The notes beneath the pieces are model-generated. The model saw nothing but the letters and a program-made list of their open reading frames with translations. It searched no databases and had not been told where the DNA came from. This document shows, piece after piece, positions 1 through 12,500 of a stretch of 64,000 nt of DNA. This DNA is from Paraspadella gotoi. Lineage: Eukaryota; Animalia; Chaetognatha. Every line of letters begins with the position of its first letter. The first letter of the stretch is position 1. The DNA is taken from positions 30,629,376 through 30,693,375 of the forward strand of contig CM119263.1 in assembly GCA_051294375.1 (NCBI GenBank), in the 5' to 3' direction. A program made the translations under genes and the position numbers.

Positions 1-2868
1 CTGTCGCTACTCCAGGTTCCGCGTTGCCGGCTCCTGTCGCTACATCAGGTTCCGCGATGGGGGCTCCTTCTTCCGGTTATCCCATGGCGCCACCTACTGC
101 CGATTCCGGTTCCATTCAAGAGGCGCCCACATCCGGTTCAATCAGAGACACGCCTACATCTGGTTCCATGAGAGACACGCCCACACGCAGCGCCGTTTCC
201 TCTTTGTCTACATCCTCTTCGGACGATGCCCTTTCCTCCATCCCTCCCCCGATGCCCGTGCTGGAGAAAAGGAGCAAGAACGTCAACGCCGTCGGCTCCA
301 ACAGCAACCGAGGAAGCAGAGGGAGCAACAGCAGCGGCGGTGGAGTCAGCGTCAGGAGCAGCTTGGAGGCGCCCATCGCTCGGAGCAGCGGAAAGCCGAG
401 CAGCAGCGCTAGCAGCAACGAGGATCAACCGCTGCAGCAGAAGCAACCGGAACTACCACAGAAACAGCCTCTACCTAGAGACGAACTGCTGGAGCAACCA
501 CTCCAGCAACCGAAACCGATGCAATCCAGTCTTCAACAGCAGCAAACGCCGAGTATGCCTCTGCAACATCCGCAAGCGTCTTCCCAGCAAACATTACAGC
601 AGCCGGAACAACAACAACAACAAGAACAACAACAACAAAAGTCTCGACCAATCAGCGGCGAGGATTCTTTCAAAGACATCGATCTGGCTTTGCAAGAAGT
701 CATGTCCGGCATTGAAGCTTTGAGTCACGTCCAACCAAAGGAAGAGACGGGTAGGTTTTTTGGTTTTATTTTCCCAGAACGCCCCGTTTTATCTTAAATT
801 CAGAATTAGGTTAATTTTTTTAGTTGAAGATTATGGTTAAAGGTTAAGGATAAGGATTTTAAAGTTTAAGAATATATTTATATTAAATAATAAATTAAAA
901 TTAATTAATGCGATAAATGAACAGAAATGAGGCAATCTCGGAAAAGAGAGCCATTCTCTGACTTATTTCTCAGCCATTTAATTTATTAATGTTCTCTCTC
1001 TCTCTCTCTCTGCTCCCCTCGATCCCCAGTTCAACCCGTCATTCCCCTCCGCTCCCCTTCCCCCGTAAAGGATTACTCCCTTCCCCCTCGCTCACCTTCT
1101 CCTCCTTCTCCGCTCCTGCACCCGCAAACGGCGGCTCCTATTCCCCGCTCCTCTCCTCAACCCATCGTCGCTCCTGCTCCTCCTTCGGATCAACAACCCC
1201 GTCGCCAAGGCAACGCGTTTCCCCGTAACACGCCAGACCTGGTCATTGACTTGCCGATCCACGGCGGCGGCGGCCGAACGCCGCCGCCGCTGCAGCAGCA
1301 AACGGCGTCGGCCAATCAGCATCCGCCGCACCCGCCGCAGCCTCCGATGAAACCTCAGCAGCAACAGCAGGGGCCGCTGCTCGAACGTCCGCCGCTGGGG
1401 ATGGAGCATCCGCTGCAGCGAGCGGCGAGAGAGCAGAGGGCGCTGTTGAGCGGTGAGAGGGATTGATTGAACGATTGGTGGATAGAAATTGATTGGTTGA
1501 AATATTGATTTGGAGATCGAGTTGAAGATTGAGATTGTTGGATTGAATAAATGACTGGTAGATTGATTTGAGTAATTAGTCGATTGATTAGTAGATTTTG
1601 ATTGATAAGTTGATTCAATGGTACTAAATTGTTCAATTAATCCATTCATCCATATTTGTTTCATTTGTTAGCACTGTTGATTGACTGGACAGACTACCTC
1701 TCATTAATCAATAATAATACAATTATCAGTTAATCACAGTAAATATGACAATAATTATTTAAGGAATAACAGATTTTTAATGTGTGACAACGAATTTTTA
1801 TTTCATAGGGACATGTTTCGACTCAACCACAGAGTTGAAATTAAAAATATGTTATTCCTTAAACTTAAACACAACGAAAAAGAAAGAATCATACCAATGA
1901 CAATAATTATATATTTTAATAATATAATAACAAAGTTGATTCGGTACACAAATCAAAGAGAGTAGTCTGGAAAAAGAAAAGAAGAATAAAATAATTATAT
2001 TTAACAATATTATAATTTTTTAAATACATTAAATCTCCTCCTCTTATATAGGAGGAGTCGCCGTGGGCGGATCTCCACCTCTCAGCGGCGCCGAAACTTT
2101 CGCCAAAGCGGACAACACCATCAAGAAAGGCGGCGGCGGCGGCGGCGCCCGACCCGCTTCCTCGTCAAGCAACAACAGTTCCGAACACGACTACGCTTCT
2201 CCTCCATTGTCGCCGATGACGGCGGTGCCAACGCCGGGAGCGCCTCCAATTCAGAGCCGCGCCGTCACCACTCCCGGCGCCGAGCTCATCTCGCCTCCCG
2301 TAGACGAAGCGCCGCTTCCCGGCGTCAAAAAGTCGGCATCTGCTTTCGGCGCCGTCGGTTTCGCTCGAGATCCGCCGATAATTCCGTCGGCGCTGCGGTC
2401 CAACGCTGCGTCGGCCAGCGGCGGCGGGCGCGTCGCCTCCGCTCCGCCGACGCAGACTTTTAAGATTCAACAGCACCGACTTCAGAATCTCTCCTCGCCG
2501 ACGCATCTACAGCAACATCAAACGAATCTGCAGCAACATCCGCATCTGCAGCAACAACAGCATCAACCGCAGCCTTCACATCAGACGCAGCATCAACCGC
2601 AGCAGCAATTGCAGCATTCTGGACCGCAGCATCAATCTCCGACTTCCAACGTTCATCGGCGTCAGGATCAGGGAATCTCGCCGGTGCACAGGACTAAAGT
2701 CGGCAACGTCGGCATCGGGCCAGGCGGCGTCGGCATCGGGCCTGGTGGCGTCGGCAATCCCCTCCGGCCCTCGGTCGCCCTCGCCGGAAAATCGCCGGAA
2801 CTTTTGCGGAAATTCGCTTCGATGAAGAATCGTGGAGACGACGAAGGAAAAGAGACGGCGAGGTTTTG

Positions 2869-2869
<1 letters not shown>
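1..2869 (+). CDS. srGAP: 3' exons of a SLIT-ROBO Rho-GAP (srGAP)-like gene (exons <1-750, 1030-1452, 2052-2869)
   Basis: Three GC-rich ORF segments are joined in frame by phase-1 GT/AG introns (G|GTAGGT at 751, CCAG| at 1029, G|GTGAGA at 1453, ATAG| at 2051), with the stop at 2867-2869. The low-complexity P/Q/S-rich protein contains motifs I recall from invertebrate srGAP C-termini: DIDLALQEVMSGIEAL, TPDLVIDLP, AETFAK..TIKK. The catalytic domains would lie upstream of the window. Confidence 0.6.
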
Positions 2870-2923
<54 letters not shown>

Positions 2924-4231
2924 CAACACTTTAGCAAGCGTTTATCACATATTTAGCTACGTTTTCTTTTTAAACAAGATCACCCCCCCATTTTGAAAAA
3001 TCTTTATCACAAAAAATCCGATGGCTACATAAAAAAACAAACCTAATTGCTCATTTGTTCTCTTGACCGAAATTCGCTTAAATATTTGTTCCGTTGTGAC
3101 CGCGAGACGGTTACAATCCAGGTATATATACAATCCAGATTTATATATATATATTTTAATCCAGTAAAGAAACGAAATCCGTTTATCTTTGCTCACGAAT
3201 TTTTATTATTTTTTTTTCAAATCGCGAGATCTGCTTTGCCAAGCAAAGCTTGTGACCGAAACGGGTGCTTGTTTGTTAATTTATGATGTTGTTGTTAAAT
3301 GTTCAATGTATATATATGTTGACAAAATGAACCAATGGATGGGGAAAAATGTCGTTGTTTTTGTTTTATTGTCAACAAATAAACGTTTTGGTCTCAACTC
3401 TGCTTGGTTTTATATTGTTTTTCTCAAGTACAAAATCGCTATATTTTTGTGTTATTTTGCTTAGTTTGTTGCACAAAAAAAAAAACAACAAAAAACTGTT
3501 TCATGACAAAAGAGTGAGATCCTTGATGTCCGATTGAAAATCATGACTCTCGCGTGTAAATGTGAATGAATGTTTTCTAGTTTGACAGCTCCCTTTATAT
3601 ATTCCCCTCTTCAATTTATTACTTAAATTAATTGAAAAAAATAAACCAAAACAAGAATCGTTTGTTTATCAATTATATCTTTGAAATAATTCTCATTCAT
3701 TGCGAATATATTTTTTTTTGTACAAAAAATTAACCATAAAGAATGTATATTCCGAGCTGTCTCCAGTGGCTTCGCTAATTTTGCCTGAATCTGTGAAATT
3801 TTTTATCTTCACTCAATATTTTTTAGATTTTGTTGATTTTTTTGTTTTTAAATTTCGTGGCGCTTGATGTTTTGTACTGAAATTATTATTTTTATTATTA
3901 TTGTTCTTTAATAAAAAAAAATATGTCAGTTATATTTTGGTTTTATTTGTCATTGAAAGAAGTTTAAAAGTGTCAAATATAAAATTAATTATAGCTCGTA
4001 AATCAGTCTTTAAAAATCATGAAATGTGTACAAAGAGGTTTTTACAGAGAGTCAAATTTGAATACAATTACTTCATGAAAACATTTTCAAACAAAAAGAA
4101 GAAAAGATAATAACAATAAGTGATATTTTTGTGGTTAAGAAAATCAAAACCAATTATTAATTATATATTAATGATAATAATAATTTATGATAATGCAAAA
4201 TATTAAATAAATAAATAAATAAATAAATAGG

Positions 4232-4401
4232 AAAAACTTGTTTAATGTTTCAGTAACGATTTATTTTTGTATTACAACGGACATGTTTCGGCTTTAGTTT
4301 AAACTGTTAAACTGTTGAACCGATGAAGGCTTGCACTAACGCCGAAACATGTCCGTTATAATACAAAAATAAATCGTTACTGAAACATTAAACAAGTTTT
4401 T
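4232..4401 (+). mobile_element. Tiny Penelope-like insertion: inverted pLTR arms with a degenerate minimal hammerhead
   Basis: Inverted arms of ~61 bp (4232-4292 and 4341-4401). The sense arm reads cCGATGA-AGGC-ttgcactaac-GCC-GAAA-CATG-TC, a hammerhead core with CUGA changed to CCGA. Same architecture as 54365-55421. Confidence 0.6.
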
Positions 4402-4561
4402 ACTTTAAATCTACAAAAGTAACGAAAGAGAAAGGATCATATCGTAATTTGACATCAAAAAAGTTAATACAGAAACTGAAAAGCATAGGTATTATTTCAT
4501 GAAAGCTCCCAGTAACTATATAGTGATAGATTTATAGATAATGATTTAAAAAAACTAAGAC

Positions 4562-6278
4562 TCATGAACTTGGATCCAATTCAAAATGTACAGTTAAGCT
4601 GTTGTTAGGCACCCCAAATATGTTAAAATCACAATACTTGACATTGATTTTAAATTTTTTCTCTTCAAAGTAAGCTAGGGCAAATTTCTTGAAAAACTTT
4701 TTTCCCAGCTGTCGGTTGATGGCTCTGACTAAATCTAGCAAGAGAGGAGCTTCTACTGGTGGTAGGAACCGTTGATGTTCTTGAGCAAATGAAGCATACT
4801 CACGCTGATAATCTTCCAAAAGTGGGAGCAATTTATTTCGAGGAGGATAGTCGTAAGGAGTAGCTCCATAGACGTATTCTGAAAGATCTTTAAAAAATCC
4901 AATGTGAGCTGATAGCACAACAAATTTTATGAGCTTCATCTGGATTCAAGTAACTGAGACAGTTGGCCCAATGAACCGTGTTCACTGGCTGTTTTTTCAA
5001 GTAACTCAAAATGCTTTCATTTTTTAAAGATACTTCTTCGCAATGAAATTCGCACTCTATACGACCGTGAATAAGGTTTTGCTTTAAGACATCCACTTGG
5101 TGAATTAATTTTCTCTGCAGAGACTTGAGAATAGGAACACCTTCTTCAAGAATATCTTCGGGCGCGATGGTGTTATAAATGTTTTCATTTTTCCCACGAC
5201 TTACACAATAAGGCCCGTGTAGATCTGCTGTGGTGATGTTGCCGACTTCACCATCTTCTTCTGACACAAATACTGATCCGTTAGAGAGATAACGGGCGTA
5301 ATCAACTCGATCTACTTTGTTTTTTAAAAATAACATTTGTTTTAAAACATAACTTCCCTGAGTATTAGCTTCTTGATTGCTTTGCCAACGTTCTACACCA
5401 CTGGACACCTTAAGTTTAATGTCCAACCATACACGAAGGAGAATGTGTATTTTTGGGATATTCCTGTATTTCAGTGCCATCTTAGCACAACACATGCAGA
5501 ATTCAAGCAAAGTTGGTTCGTCCCAAATAGTGGAGAACATGACTTGTAAAATGCTTTTGGATCGACAATTTTCCATCATCATTGAATGAACAACAATGCT
5601 TTTAGCAATGTAAACTGGTGACATATTGATTGCGATCAACTTGAACGTCTTTTGAGTTTCGCCCTGTTCTTTTAAATTGGTCATGATTAACTGGTGAAGA
5701 TTTTGCAAGCCTATCATCAACATGGTATCACCTCTTTTTACATTCATTTCATTCACGCAGTGGTCATTCATGGTGTTGAAATATTTATGATCTCCAGCTA
5801 TGTAGCCATCGTTCACCCAAGGTGCAATTTCCCCCACAGCTGGATCTGACTCCAAAAATGAATTAAATCTTGGATTCAAAAATTTTTTCCCCCAACGTTC
5901 ATACAATCCATAATTCTGTTGGTCTAATACAAAAGATTCTCGAGGTTCTGCGTGTTCTGATATTAATAAATCGCAAGCTACTTTGTGATAAACAGAGAGA
6001 ATTTGAAAGTGATTTTGATCCATGGGATACTCTGTCTTGTATTCCTCGTGAAAATTGAAAATCTTTTTTCTGTGTAAGTTGCTGAAGACAGATTCGAGGC
6101 GATCAGGCGTCGAACTGCTCTGAGCAGGCGACACTTGACAGGCGTCTTTATGTCGTCGTCGCCAGTCGCGTCTTTGACAAGCCTTGTCGCAATATCTCGC
6201 TGAGCGACATCTGGTGCAGAGTAAAAGTTTGGAAGGATCCGTTCCTTTGACGCAGCCTTCGTTGTAGCACAATGACAT
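4562..6278 (-). CDS. Intronless MYND zinc-finger protein with a large uncharacterised C-terminal domain; single frameshift near 4905-4915
   Basis: N-terminal CxxxxC...CTRCRSARYCDKACQRRDWRRRHKDAC is a zf-MYND signature. ORF 4890-6278 continues in overlapping ORF 4562-4939 (…CAISSH / IGFFKDLSEYVYGAT…), consistent with one indel (sequencing error or recent pseudogenisation). Confidence 0.75.
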
Positions 6279-7211
6279 TCTTGAATCAAAGAAAAAATTG
6301 TTAAATGTAGTTTGGTGTTATAACAATGAAATAACAATGAAATGTATCATCTTGTAAGAGAGTCTTTATTAAATTAAAGAATGATCTTTATATTAGTTGT
6401 AAAAAGTGAGAAAAAATATTATGAATTAATTATAAACTGTTTATGAAATGTCTGCTAGAGTGGGCAAAAGAAATTACAAATAGGAATTTTAATCCAGCTT
6501 AGGCCTCATTTATAGTTGTTTCACAATTCATCATATTTTAAATTCAATTTAAAGAACAAAAATGTAAAAGCAAAATGTAAAAGCTAAAGGCTTACCTTAT
6601 GAATTGGGTCGATTTCGTTAAAAATGATCCAGATTTTTAAATTTGTCCAAAACCAAATCTGAATACTGAAATAGGAATTAGTGATTTCTGAGAAACATTG
6701 AAACTTGTATGAAAATTGGATGATTGAGGCTGTTTTGTTTGGAAAATTCTTCAGACTTGCTCCCTCTGTCTTTTAGTTATTTTGAGCTCAAGAAAAAAAC
6801 AAAGTTTTTGGAGTAAAAAATAAAAAATAAGTGAAAAACTAAAGAAAGGATAAAACTGTGGATGGCGTGGGGTGGCGCTGACGTTGAAGCTCGTTCATTT
6901 TTGACCCACTTAATGAAATAATTTTCTAAAAAGAGTTAATTTCCTTTATCAACTTTTCGTGAGAAATTCGAATCTGCTTTTAAAAATAAGAAAAAAAATA
7001 AAATTTTGACATTTTCTATGGTAAGAACTATGTACAAATATGGGCGTATACGAAAATTGAAAAATAAATATTAAATTTGTTTTTATTTATAAATGTTCAC
7101 AGGTGCAAGCCTGTTCGTGATCTACTATTTGAATTTTGATTCTACTTGATTTTAATATTTTTGCTACTCTTTACTTATTAGTGATTTCTGTCTGATCTTA
7201 TTTTACTCATA

Positions 7212-8166
7212 CATGGTGACAATTTTACAAGCGCCGGTAGAAATACGCTGTCATTTGCAAACCAGTGGTTATTTCAAGGATTTTAAAATTTAGTTAAGTA
7301 GAAAATACTAAAACTATTAATGTGTTAAATTTTAATATTGATCAGTTAAGATATGCCTTGACAATGAGTGGAGAAAGTTGGCTTTTCAAATCGGGTTTCA
7401 TTTTCCAACTCACTGTTTTTAAATTCAATTTTTTTGGGGAACTTTCAGCACTTTTTTAAACAAAGTATTTATTAAAATATTAACAATATTAATATCCTCA
7501 GAAAGCTTTTAAAAATATGAAGAGAACTATATACTTACGAATACTGTAGTATAAAATTTAACTGGCCCAGCTTTAATTTAATTAAGATATTCAAAAACGA
7601 GACATCTTTTTAAAAATCAATAGCTGGAGAGTAAATTTATGATTTTTATCAAATTGTGATTGGCTATCTTAAATCCTTTTTTCTCAGGCTCTTTCATGAT
7701 ACTTATATAAATAATAATATTTTTTGTTATAATAATTTAAACAGGTCATATATTTTGAAAAAAAATTTAAAATTTTAAATATTTCACTTTTGACACTCTT
7801 AATTGAACCAAGGCTGGGCAGCTTACTTTTTATGTTAGAGCTTTTGTAAGTCTATTAATCTCTTCATATTTTTAAGGGCTTTCTTAGGATAATAATATTG
7901 TTCTTATTTTAATAAATACTTTGTTTAAAAAAGTGCTAAAAGTTCAAAAAAAAATTTGAATTTAAAAACAGTGAGTTGGAAAATGAAACCCGATTTGAAA
8001 AGCCAACTTTCTCCACTCATTGTCAAGGCATATCTTAACTGATCAATATAAAATGTTAATACATAAATAGTTTTAGTATTTTCTACTAATTTTTAAAATC
8101 AATGATAATAACAGCATATGCAAATGACAGCATATTTCTACCGGCGCTTGTAAAATAGTCACCATG
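7212..8166. mobile_element. Fold-back MITE, Tc1/mariner-like (TA TSD)
   Basis: Long terminal inverted repeats (CATGGTGACAATTTTACAAGCGCCGGTAGAAAT… / …ATTTCTACCGGCGCTTGTAAAATAGTCACCATG, >300 bp of complementarity) flanked by TA on both sides; no ORF. Confidence 0.8.
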
Positions 8167-8640
8167 TACTTATTTTCTTAATTTTAGTTTTCAACAAGGG
8201 TCACTTTTTGGTCGTTCTGTCTTTCTTATAATATGTTAAATTTTTTTTTATTTTAAATTTTTTATAGATAAAGTACCAAATGATGTTTCTTTTACATATA
8301 TTATTTAATAACCTGTATACAGTGTATACACTATCCAGTATCCACTGTATCCAGTGTCCACTGTCCACTGTCCAGTATCCAGTGTATAACTAGGTGATCA
8401 TCTGTAAATCCAATCACATAAAAAATAAATAAAAGCGTCGCAATAACTTGGAATTGATATTCCTTTTTTTCCTTCTCCTTTCTTCTTTCTTGTCCTCAAT
8501 TTTCTTTTCCTTTGTTTTCTTTTTCATTCTTCTTTTAAATTTTGAGACTTGGATTCGAATCACGGGATCCCAGGAGGGCTTAACAAAAGATTCCCCATTT
8601 TCTCTTTCTTTGTTTCTTTGTTTCCTTCTTTTTATCATAG

Positions 8641-8800
<160 letters not shown>

Positions 8801-9277
8801 TCTATCTTTGAACTTTCGTCCCTTTCTTCTCCCATTTAACATTCGGACCTTCCACACTACTTCTTTTTAGCCGGATCTGTTTACAGTCGGTCCGTCGATC
8901 CCACCCCAAAATATGTCGGTAAGTAACTTGGATCATGTCAGAATATCAAATTATGATAAATTATGCAAAAAAATCGATGTCCTTCCGTCCGTCTGTCTGT
9001 CCATCTATCTGTCCGTCCGTCCTCCTTGTTTTAGACCAATGTCAAATTAAATGAGATCATATTGCAATAAAATTCTATACTAATTAGCCGAATAAATAGA
9101 ACTGATTTAATTGGACTTTTTAAACGTAATCCATTTTGATCGTTGACTTTGCTACAATTTGAAGAGTTGATTAAAAAAAACTCTCAACAGGTTTCAAAAT
9201 TTTTAACTTTCTTTTAATGTCCTTAAGTTTTTTTGGGTCTTTTATCTCACGAGAAAAGAAGTTTTAACGCGGTTTCA

Positions 9278-9397
<120 letters not shown>

Positions 9398-9576
9398 AAT
9401 TCAAGAAAAAACCAGTTTTGACTCCTTGTCCATATAACGCCATCAAAATCAAAAGTATGTAGTCCTGGTGAATAAAACGTTTCTCATAATCGTATTTTTT
9501 TTCGTGCTATTTAGCGTGAACTAAATTAATTAATTAACTTTGTTTAAAAAATGTAAATTTATCCTGAATACAGGTC

Positions 9577-12500
9577 ATGAAGAAAACTGTTCATCCTGAT
9601 TTGACGGTAAATCTTTTTGTTATTTGAGATGTAATATAATACTAAAGAGTGTAATATAATAAAATTAGTTTTACTTTTTATCATAGTTTATTTTATGCTA
9701 ATAAGCAACTAAAAAATTCCTATCATACGTTCATTATGCAAAATCTCATAAAAATAGTTATATTCCAAGTTTCTCAGGCATTTAATTCAATTTGGTATTA
9801 TTATGTAGCGTTTTACTTAATTTTCATTTTTTTTGGATGATAAGTTTAAAAAAAATGTATAACCTTTTTAGGAAAGTCCCCCGGAATCAACCGGACGACC
9901 GTGGACGGAAGGAAACATCTACGTGGATTTGCCGGAAAAACGAGTCTCCTTCTCTGATTCGCCGGAAAAACGCGTTTCTCATCGGGATTTGCCGGAGAGG
10001 GAATATTTAAAAGTCGCTCCTCTGGTAAATCACTGTGGAGATTTTTTTTGGTAACTTGTAATTAATAAATTTTCACAAATTATTTATTGATAAAATTTGA
10101 ATTAATAAAGCGAACCAACTGTACTTTCAAGATACTACTGAAATTTTTTATAAACAATATTTAACTGGATGCCTGGCAATAGAAAAAGCCTCAGAGTCAT
10201 GATTACAAAGTTAAATCACAAATAGCAGATTTTAAACTAAAATTAAATATAAAAACAAAGAATTAAAAATATAGGAACAAAACACAGAGGAAATAAAAAT
10301 AAAGAAAGAAAAAAACGAACGCAAAACATTTTTTGACAGAGTTAAAAAAGACTGACAGAGTTAAAAAAAGAATGACCGAGTTAAAAAATAGAATTACTGA
10401 GTTAAAAAAGACTGACAGAGTTAAAAAAGACTGACAAAGTTAAAAAATAGAATGACAGAGTTTAAAAGGATGACAGAGTTTAAAAAAAGTCTGACAGAGT
10501 TTTAAAAAATACTGACATTCTCTCTGAGTTTCAGTAAAAATATTTTCGGTCCGGAATTTGCCGAAAATTGTGTCATTCAACAACATTTTTTTTTCAATAA
10601 ATGATCACGTTTTTTTCCCCGCAGCTCAAGGATGGAGCATCCTTCAGGCCGGCGCCCACCCCGCCGACGCCAACACCTTCAAAGCCGACTGACGCCGCCC
10701 CCACAGAACCGAAAGTTGCCCTTCGTTTGCCTCAGAAAAAGAATCGTGCCTTGGCGGTCGCGTCAGCCTTTGTTGGATGTTGCCCTATCGGAATCGCGGC
10801 TTGGATCATGGGTTGTCGGTCAGATGAGAGCGAAAAGAGAGGTGATCGATGAATCGAGGAGAAGTGCAATATTTTCCAAAAGCGACCATTTTCTGTTCCT
10901 TAATCTCAGAACTTAATTTTAATTTGTATTATTAAATTTTTTTATATATTTAACCTAATCTTTTATATTAATATATGTATAAGTTTTCTGTTCCAAATTT
11001 AAGAAATTAATTTTAATTAATTTTTATTCTTAATTTTTTTTTACATATTTAGCTTACACTAATCTTTTATATTAATACTATCATAACCCTAACCTTATTC
11101 CTTTACTAAACCCTAATCAAAAAGCAAATTCTCAACTATGACTTTAACCTTACCATTAACTTTTATTCTTAACCTAACCTAACCTTTATCCATAACCCTT
11201 AACTCTAATTCTTAACCTAACCTAACCTCTATCCATAACCCTCGACCTAATCATTAAATTTAAAAACTTATTTAATTCTAAATTTAAACTGTAAAGGGGC
11301 CCTTTTGGAAAACATGTCCAAAAAAAATTTGCAGGTACACAATGACGGAAACGACGACGACAACAACAACAAAATTAACGACCACCACCACCTTTTTTTT
11401 TAACATCAGGCGAAGAAAAAACCGCGCGACAAGAAAACATCGCCTCACGTCGTCTCGCTATTGCCAGTTTCGCTGTATTCGCCGTCGTGTGCGTCGCCGT
11501 CGCCGTCGCTTTACTCGTCGTTTACGGTAAGGCTCTTTTATTGGTTATTAGTTATTGTTTATCTGGTGCATAGTCAATAGTACAGGGTATAAAAAATTGA
11601 GCTTTATAGATAAATTATAATTTCATCAAATTATTATTTTGTTAGTCGTTTATCCACCGTTAGATGTCGACGATTTACAGTCATTGTGCCGAAAAAATGA
11701 CACGAAAGAAATCCAGGTATTGACTGACTGACTGACTATGTTAGATGGGAATGTTTTAAATTTTTTATAATAAAAAACCGTCAACAATATAATTCTTTTG
11801 TTTATTAATTCACTGTATTCACGAGTGAAATTATTTTTTATAATTGATATATATATAATATAAAAAATGACTTAAACATTTTTTTTTCTCAAATTGTAAT
11901 TTTTGAAAAGCGAATTCAAAAATTAAAAAACCCTTAAAAGATCATATGGTAAATATAATAATTTTTACTGACAAAATATTAAAAATTGATAATAACCTTT
12001 ATCTAACTAAACTAAACTTTGTCTAAATCGTAATATTTAAACTAAATCCAACCCCTCCCCAACCGAGGCTCTGATGCTTCGCCACGGCAACGACTCAGTG
12101 ACCGGCGCTCGATTCAACGACGGACGACTCTGTCTCCATCTCGCAATCATCTTCTCGACGAGCCTTTCCAAACTTCTGCTAGAAGCCGGAGCCGACGTCG
12201 ACGCGATTGAGGCGCGAGACGGGAGAACGCCGCTGGCGGTGGCGGCGTCGGAAGGCGGCGGAAAAGGTGAGGAGGAGGAGGAGAGAGAGGGGCAGGTAAT
12301 TCTAATATATTGTGCCGCAGTGATAAAATTATCATATGTATCTCCAGGTGATGTTATTCTTTCATAACTATGAAATATATGTATAATAAATGTCCTATGG
12401 TTAATAAATAATCATATATATGTATAAAGTTTAAACTAAAATAGAAAGTATGATATGTATGCATATTTAAGGTCTAATGGTAGGGAAGTCTGGCGTTAAG

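Noticed and set aside
116-1664. Antisense ORFs over the srGAP exons, and the many antisense ORFs over the Gypsy element
   Set aside because: They are shadow ORFs of GC-rich coding sequence with no recognisable motifs.
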